DNA of 64,000 nucleotides, taken from contig QPMI01000270.1 of the NCBI GenBank assembly GCA_004431415.1, forward strand, positions 1-64,000, in the 5' to 3' direction. Positions 57,746-64,000 of the stretch are shown piece after piece; positions within the stretch are counted from its first letter, which is position 1; each line of letters starts with the position of its first letter. Under the pieces are notes generated by a model. The model did no database searches and was not told the origin of the DNA. It worked only from the letters and a program-made list of their open reading frames with translations. This stretch comes from Cyanophora paradoxa CCMP329. Lineage: Eukaryota > Plantae > Glaucophyta. The position numbers and the translations under genes were made by a program.

Positions 57746-60700
57746 ATGGCAGGCGAGGAGCTAGATCAGATCGGCAGCCTCGCTGCGTCCCTCATCGACG
57801 GCAAGAGCGAGAGCCGCCAGGTTCCCGCTCCGCCGCGGTCGTTCTGGTTCTCTCTGAACCGCCGCCAGATTGCGCTGGCCCTGACTTCCCAAGCGGTGAG
57901 GGCGCCCCGAGCGCGCCACATTCGATCCCGCGCCTTTGCGGGCGTTGAATTGCGCGCGCGGAATGGACCGCCCCGACGCCCTCGGCCTGCAGCTGTTCGC
58001 GCTGGAGGCGGACGCGGAGGCGTGGGACGAGGGGGACCTGCGGGAGGCGGAGGTGCAGCTGCTGCGGCGCTTCCCCTTCGAAGATCTCGCCTCGCTCGTC
58101 GTCTCGGAGTCCTCGGGGCAGGCGCGCCACCGCCCTCGCCCGGCGGCGCGCCGTCCGACCCCCGAGGCAGGTGCTGCTGCAGTCTGAGACGGACGCGGAC
58201 CTGCTGGTGGAGATGGGCGAGGATGCAGATGTGCTGGTCGAGACGCTCGCTGCCTGCGTCGAGCAGGCCGCCGGGCGCGAGCTCGACGTCCAGCGCGCCG
58301 TCCGCCCCGTCCCGCCCTGCTCCGCCCCGCCCCGCTAGCTGGGCGCGACGGCGCCGGCAGGAGGAGGAGGATCTGCTTCCGCTATCGCGGGGGATAGTGA
58401 AGCGGCGGGGTGGGACGCCAAAGGAGGCGAAGGCGCGCGGCGAGTCGGCGGAGGAGCGGGCGCGGCGGGAGAGGGAGGAGGAGGCGCGCCGCAAGAAGGA
58501 GCGCGAGGAGCGCGAACTCACCGCCGCACTCGAGCGCTTCTCCGCCCCGCGCTTCGACCCCGCCAAGCGTACGCCCGCCCCGCGCCCCCGGGGCCGGGTT
58601 GGCGGCGAGCGGGGCGACAGAGGCGCGGCGGGTGTTCGAGGAGAACGGGGAGGAGGGGGCGCGGGCCTGGAAGGCCGACATCGCGCGCGTGCGCCAGTTC
58701 GCGATTGCGCGCATGCGGGCCCAGGTGCGGCGCCCGCCCCGCGCCGGCTGCACGCGGCGCTCACGGCGGCGCAGGTGCACTCCAACTACCGCCACTTCAT
58801 CCGCATCGCCCGCGGCATCGCCGGTGAGCCGCGCCGGCGCCGGTGCGGGGCGGGGCGGCGAGATGGGCGGCAGCGCTGGAGGGTGAGGGGGCGGCGCTGC
58901 GGCGGGCCCTCGGGGAGGCGCAGGGGACGCTGCGGGACGTGGCCGCCCTCGCCCTCCACCCGCAGCCGCCGCCGGCCGCGCCGGGGCGGGGCCCGGGCGG
59001 AGGGGCCGGGGCGCTGCGGGGCGAGCTGCTGGACGAGCTCGACCTGCTCCTCGCCCAGCGCCGCGTCGACGCCGCCATCCCCGCCCTCGCCGCCGGTCCC
59101 CCCCGCCCCCCGCCCCGCCCTCCTCCGCACCCCGAGCCCCGGCTGCAGCACGGGACCGCCTGGAGCGGGAAGAGCGCGGCGCCGGGGCACGCCTTCCGGC
59201 GCTGCAGCGGCTGCGGGCCGAGGTACGCGGGGCTGGGCGGACGAGAGGCGGGGGTTGACGAGGGGGCGGCGCAGGTGGAGGAGCGGGCGGCGCGCATCCG
59301 CGCGATCCTTTGCGATGAGCTCGCCGCTGCTGCCGCCGCCCCGGAGCCCCCCGCCGCCCACCTCGCCAAGGTCCGACCCAGCCCCCTGCTTTCACCCGGA
59401 ACGCGCTGCTCACGCGGGGCGCAGCTGCGGGGCCAGCTGCAGCAGCTAGGGGCGGGGGAGGCGGCGCGGCGGGCGTACGTGCGGGGCCGGGCGGCGCTGG
59501 CGGCGGCGGAGTCGGGGCGGCTGAAGATGCGGGGGGACGCGGCGCTGTACGGGCCGCGCCTCGCGGAAGCCCTCTTCGGCACCCTCCGCGCCACCGCCGC
59601 CGACTTCCGCGCCGCCTTCGGCTCCGGGCGCCCGATGGCCGGTGCCCCCGCCCCCGGCTGCCCGGCGGCGAGGGGCCGGGCGACGGGGGCGCGCAGGCTT
59701 CGTGCTGTGGGCGGCGTGGGAGGTGGACCGGCTGGTGGAGGTGTACCGGCGGCAGGTCTTCCCCTCGGGCAACCTCTTCGCCATCGGCGAGTGCCTCCAC
59801 GCCGCCTTCGCCCACGCCGCCCAGGCGCCGCCCCCGCCCCTGCCCGCCCACCCGCCCCCGCCGACCCGCCCCCGCCCGCAGCTCGAGAAGCGCGGCCTTA
59901 GTTTCACCGCCCTCCTCATCGCCCGCTTCCGCCCGGGCCTCGGTCCGCCCGCCCCGCCCGCCGGCGCCCCGGCGGGCGGGGCCGACGGCCGGGGCAGTGC
60001 AAGCGCTGGAGCAGTACGGTCAGCGGCTGGAGGCGTCCCTCGCGGGGGCCGTCGCCCAGGAGACGTGGCGCCCCGTCGAGGTCGCCCCGCCGACCTCCCC
60101 GCCCCGCTCCTCCCGCGCCCCGCCCCGGCGCCGGCGCCGCGCGGCTGCTGCTGCCGGCGTGCCGGCGGGCGCTGCTGGCGGCGCTGGGCCGCTTCCTTGC
60201 GGAGGCGGGCCCCTCGCCGCCCTGCCCTCGACGTCCGCGCCGCCGTCCGCCACGCCGCCGGCGCCCTTCTCGAGCGCTACGCCGCCGCCCTCCAGCGTCG
60301 TGCCGCCGGGCGCCCTGGCGGACCCGCGGTGCGCGGGCGGGCGGGTGCGGGGCGCGGGGCCTGAGGGCGGGGCGGGCAGGCGGTGGCCGTGCTGGGGGAG
60401 GTGGAGGAGGCGTAGAGGGGCCCTGCCGCGCGTGGCGGCGCACCTGCGGGGCGAGGCGGCGCTCGCCCCGTCCAGCAGCGCCTCCGGGCCGCCCGCGACG
60501 CCCTCCTCGCCGCCTTCGTCGCCCGCCGCGCCTCCGCCCTCGCCGCCGCCTCCGCTGGGCCCCCGACCTCCTCGCCGCGTCCGCCCCGGCCCCGCCTCCC
60601 CGCCTGCGCTGGGACCGACGCCGGCGCAGGAGGCGGTGGAGGAGGAGCGGGGGAGCCCGGGGAGGGGCCCGCAGCGTCGCCGCCGCCCTCGCCGGCATCG

Positions 60701-62925
60701 CCGAGGAGGCCGCCTCCCGCGTTCGCCCCCGCCTCGCCCCGCCCCGCCCGCCCCGCCCCGCGCCCCGCCCTCACGCCCCGCAGCTCCCCGCGGGGGCCAT
60801 GCGCCAGCTCCTCTCTGCCACTGTGGAGCGCCTCGCCGCCGACCTCCGCTCCTGCGCGCCCGGCGCCCCATGCCTCACCGGCGGCCCCGCTGACGCCGCC
60901 CAGACGTGGAGGAGCTCGTCGAGGGGGACGGCAAGCAGGGCCCGCGGCGCATTGGATACGGCGGTGCGCGGCGCGCCGGCTGCGGTCCGCGCGAGCGACC
61001 GGGCGACGCGGGACGGCAGGCTTGCAGCTGGCGGCCCTCGACCTGCGGTTCCTGGCGGCCGTCTGCGGGCGCCACGCGGGCCGCCCGCCCGCGGCTCCCT
61101 CGCGGCCGCCCTCGAGGCGCGCCGCCCCGCCTGCGCGCCGCGCGCGGCCTGACAGGGCGCAGCGGCTGGTGGAGGCCTTCTGCGCCGCCTCGGGCCGGCC
61201 GCGTGACGTTGCTCTGCAGGTGCCCCGCGCTGCGCCCGCCCCGCCCGGCGCGCTGACGCGGGGCAGCCGGAGGCGTGGTTCCGGGGGCGGTGCAGCGCGC
61301 GGCGACGAGCGCGGCGCTGCGGGCGCGCCTCGCCGCCCTCGGCGACCTCCTCCTCGAGTGGGACCCCGACGCTAAGGACCCCGCCCCGCAGAGGGCCCCG
61401 CCGCCCGCCCCGAGCCGGCATCCGAGGCCCGCCCCGCCCGCCGCGGCGTCTCCCCGGGCCCCCGCGGGCGCCGCGGGACCCCAACCGCGGGACCGACGCG
61501 GGGTCCGAGGAGCCGCCGGCACCGCGGTTCCCGACACCAAGCCGCCGCCCCGGCCCTCGACCCCGGAAGCTACCCCGCGGCCCCCACGCCCGACCCGCCG
61601 GCGCCTGAGAGGGTGCCGGAGGCGGCGCGGGCGGGCGAGACGCCGGCGAGGAGCCGGCGGCCCAGAGCTTTGCGAGGCGGTGAGGGCGAGGCGCCCGAGG
61701 CAGCACCCGACCCCGCTCCAGCGCCGGAGCCGCCCCCGCGGCCGCCGCGGCGCGCCCTGGAGAAGTCCCCGGAAGGCGGCGCCAGGGTAGACGGCCCGGA
61801 GCCGGCGGCCGCGGAGGTGCCGGTGGAGGCGGAGAGGGGCCGGTCGGGGCCTGCCGGGCTCAGGCGCGGCGGGTGGCGGGAGCGGCTGGCGGCCTTGCGC
61901 GCGGCGGACGGCGACGAGGACGGCGCAATGGCGGCCCCGCCGCGCCCCGCACGCCCCGTGTCGGGCGGAGAGGAAGAGTTAGCGGAGCGGGCGGAGCGGC
62001 GGCGGCCGTCGCTCGACGGGGATGGGGCGCGGGGGACCGCCCTGCGAGACCCCGCCCTCAAGCGAGCCCGCGAGAAGAGGGGAGCGCTCCCGCGGAGCCG
62101 GCGAGGGCGCGCGGGGCGGCGCCTCCGCGTCTCGCGTCGGAGCAAGAGGCGCCGGCCGCCGCCGCCGCCGGGGACGCCCCAAGGCGGACGCCGCTGCGGC
62201 GGCAGGCGGAGGCGGAGGATACGGCGGCGGAGGCGGCGCCGCGGCGCGCCGAGCGGCCGTCGCTGTGGAAGGCTGCGGAGGACCCGCCGCCGCCCGTGGG
62301 GGCGGAGGGAGAGGCCGAAGACCCCGCCGCCCGCCGCCGCGCCCGACTCCGCCTCTCGGGGCCGGGGCCGCCCCAGAGTGGGCAGCGCGCGTGGCGGAGG
62401 GCCCTCGGGGCCGGCGGAGGAGCGGGCGGGGCGGGTGGAGGAGCGGGCGGGGCGGGCGGAGCGGGCCTTGAGGGAGAGGGCGAGGAGCCGGGTGCCCCCG
62501 CGCGGATCTCCATCCGCGAGCGCGCGGCCGCCCGCCTCGCCGCCCGCTCCGCCGAGCCCCGCCCCGGCCCCTCCGAGGCAGCCGCCGCCGAGCTCGAGGC
62601 GACGGGGAGCGCGTCGCTGGGGGAGGAGGGGGCGGGGCGCGGGGAGCGGACGGAGCGGCAGCGGACGCTGAAGCGGGTGGAGTCGATCGCGGAGCGGCGG
62701 ACGCAGCTCCTCTCCACCCTCAAGACCCGCTACGGTGCCGCCAACGGCGGCGAGCACCCCAGCGGCTCCGGGCCCGGGCCCGGCGGCGGGGACGACGCCG
62801 ACCCGCCCGCCCCGCCGCGGCGTTCCATGCTCGCTGCTGCAAGCAGGAGGAGCGAGGCGGGCGGCGAGGGCGAGCGGCCCCGCGCCCGCACGCCCCTCCG
62901 ATCCAGCCGCGTCTCAAAGGAGTAG
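57746..62925 (+). CDS. EXO84: Exocyst subunit Exo84/EXOC8-like protein with long low-complexity C-terminal tail
   Basis: FSAPRFDP...MRAQVHSNYRHFIRIARGIAALE (Vps51/Exo84 N-domain), LLDELDLLLAQRRVDAA, GDAALYGPRLAEALFGTL, FVLWAAWEVDRLVEVYRRQVF, LEKRGLSF. Confidence 0.72.
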
Positions 62926-63571
62926 TGCTGTGACTGTGTTAGTTTAAAGCAGGGTTTTTCGAGGAGCGAGCTAGCGCTATGGGTTGGACGGGACGTCAAT
63001 CGATATCATAGTATCGCGATTTGGGTTGGCTCGCCCCTCCAATGTTCAATCCAGCGCTAGCCGCACGCCCCTTTGCCCTGATCATGAGGCCTCCTGTGAC
63101 ATTCAGTTTATTTAAAGCAGGCTTCGAGAAGTGAGGGGCCGCCGGGGTGCTGTACTAGGGCTAGTACAGCCAGACCGTCGACGTCGACGCCGTGACGTCG
63201 GACAGCTCAGCGGCTAGCGCTAGCTGATTATGACATCGCGTACGCGTCATGGCTGCATGCTCGAGCTCAGCTGCAGCGGCTGGGCTGCTCAGCTGCGCAG
63301 CAGCTCAGCAGCTGCAGCTGGTTTTGCGATCGAGCTGTCTAGATCTGCGCGCGGCTTGAAGCCGGATGTGGCTTGGATTGGAGCCGTCGAAGCGGCTTGA
63401 GGCCTGGCCCAGTGGTGGCCGCAGCATCGCCGAGTCGAGCGCTGAATGAGCAGCGGAAGCGGTACAGACGCGCCATGCCGCGCACCGCTGCGTTAGCGCG
63501 ACAGAGCTGCTCGAACGGTCTGATGCAGCTGCCGGCCTAGACAGGCGCTGGACGAGAAAAAGCTGATTCCG

Positions 63572-64000
63572 ATGCAAACAACGGAGAGCATCGCCCAGAA
63601 GGCGTACGCGGTTCGCTCGGCGCTGGCCGGCGGCAGCGGCGCGCCCGTTGGCGGCAGCGCCGCGACGGCGCCACATGTACACAGTGTCCTGGCAGCTCTG
63701 ACAGCAGATCCCGAAGGCTGGGAGGTGTGCGCGCAGCTTGTCCGTGAGCCGGCGGAACCCGTTGTATTATTCCTTGCAGCGTCCTCGCTCGCTTCTCTGG
63801 CGGCGGCGCGCCACGCGAGCGTCGGAGCCGAGGCGCGGGCGTTCCTCTTCTCGGCGGCGGCAGCGGCGAGGGGCCCCGTGAGGACGAAGCTGGCGCTGGC
63901 GCTGACGAAGCTGGCGCTGGCCGGCCGTGCGTGGCCAGCGCCCATCGTGGAGATGCGCGCCGCCGTCGAGCAGAACTGCGACTGGAGGCAGAAGGTTGTG
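63572..64000 (+). CDS. 5' part of an importin-beta-like HEAT-repeat protein (transportin-3/importin-13-like), runs off the window
   Basis: Open frame from ATG 63572 to the window end: ...DPEGWEVCAQLVRE...VLFLAASSL...GPVRTKLALALTKLALAGRAWPAPIVEM, resembling karyopherin N-terminal HEAT repeats. Confidence 0.45.
   Translation, partial: MQTTESIAQKAYAVRSALAGGSGAPVGGSAATAPHVHSVLAALTADPEGWEVCAQLVREPAEPVVLFLAASSLASLAAARHASVGAEARAFLFSAAAAARGPVRTKLALALTKLALAGRAWPAPIVEMRAAVEQNCDWRQKVV

Noticed and set aside
23-63945. Hundreds of long Arg/Pro/Gly/Ala-rich ORFs in the six-frame track (e.g. 35943..39584 +, 43456..45327 +)
   Set aside because: They are artefacts of very high GC, intron read-through and antisense shadows of real genes; they carry no recognisable motifs beyond the spliced models.

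Overview
GC-rich, intron-dense eukaryotic nuclear DNA. Introns are mostly about 50-100 nt with GT-AG or frequent GC-AG ends, so the raw ORF track is misleading and gene models were rebuilt by hand across splice sites. Ciliary genes (Fuzzy, an axonemal dynein light-chain-domain protein, a PGYxGY microtubule-inner-protein-like gene) indicate a flagellate. Intron style is reminiscent of the glaucophyte Cyanophora, but that is inference only. About 22 protein genes are present, mostly in compact head-to-head pairs: PX-domain protein, MFS transporter, ValRS, SPT4, mitochondrial EF-P, mitochondrial RCC1-like, Rac/Rho, FUZ, AXDND1-like/EF-hand, LOG, TAF1C/Rrn6-like, mitochondrial carrier, F-box/LRR, TRM7, NDUFA4/B12D-like, LOV-ABCG, Exo84 and several hypotheticals. 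Highlights: (1) a complete LOV photosensor domain (GRNCRFLQ) spliced in-frame to the N-terminus of an ABCG half-transporter, a candidate blue-light-regulated exporter; (2) a tyrosine-recombinase retroelement that keeps gag and an intact recombinase but has lost RT/RNase H, and carries a 13-7-13 lox/att-like palindrome; (3) a 1055-bp TG...CA solo-LTR-like insertion with a 4-bp target duplication inside the MFS coding exon, which could be spliced out in-frame; (4) a membrane protein with hierarchical tandem repeats; (5) a window-wide oscillation of G-rich and C-rich blocks that also flips synonymous codon choice.
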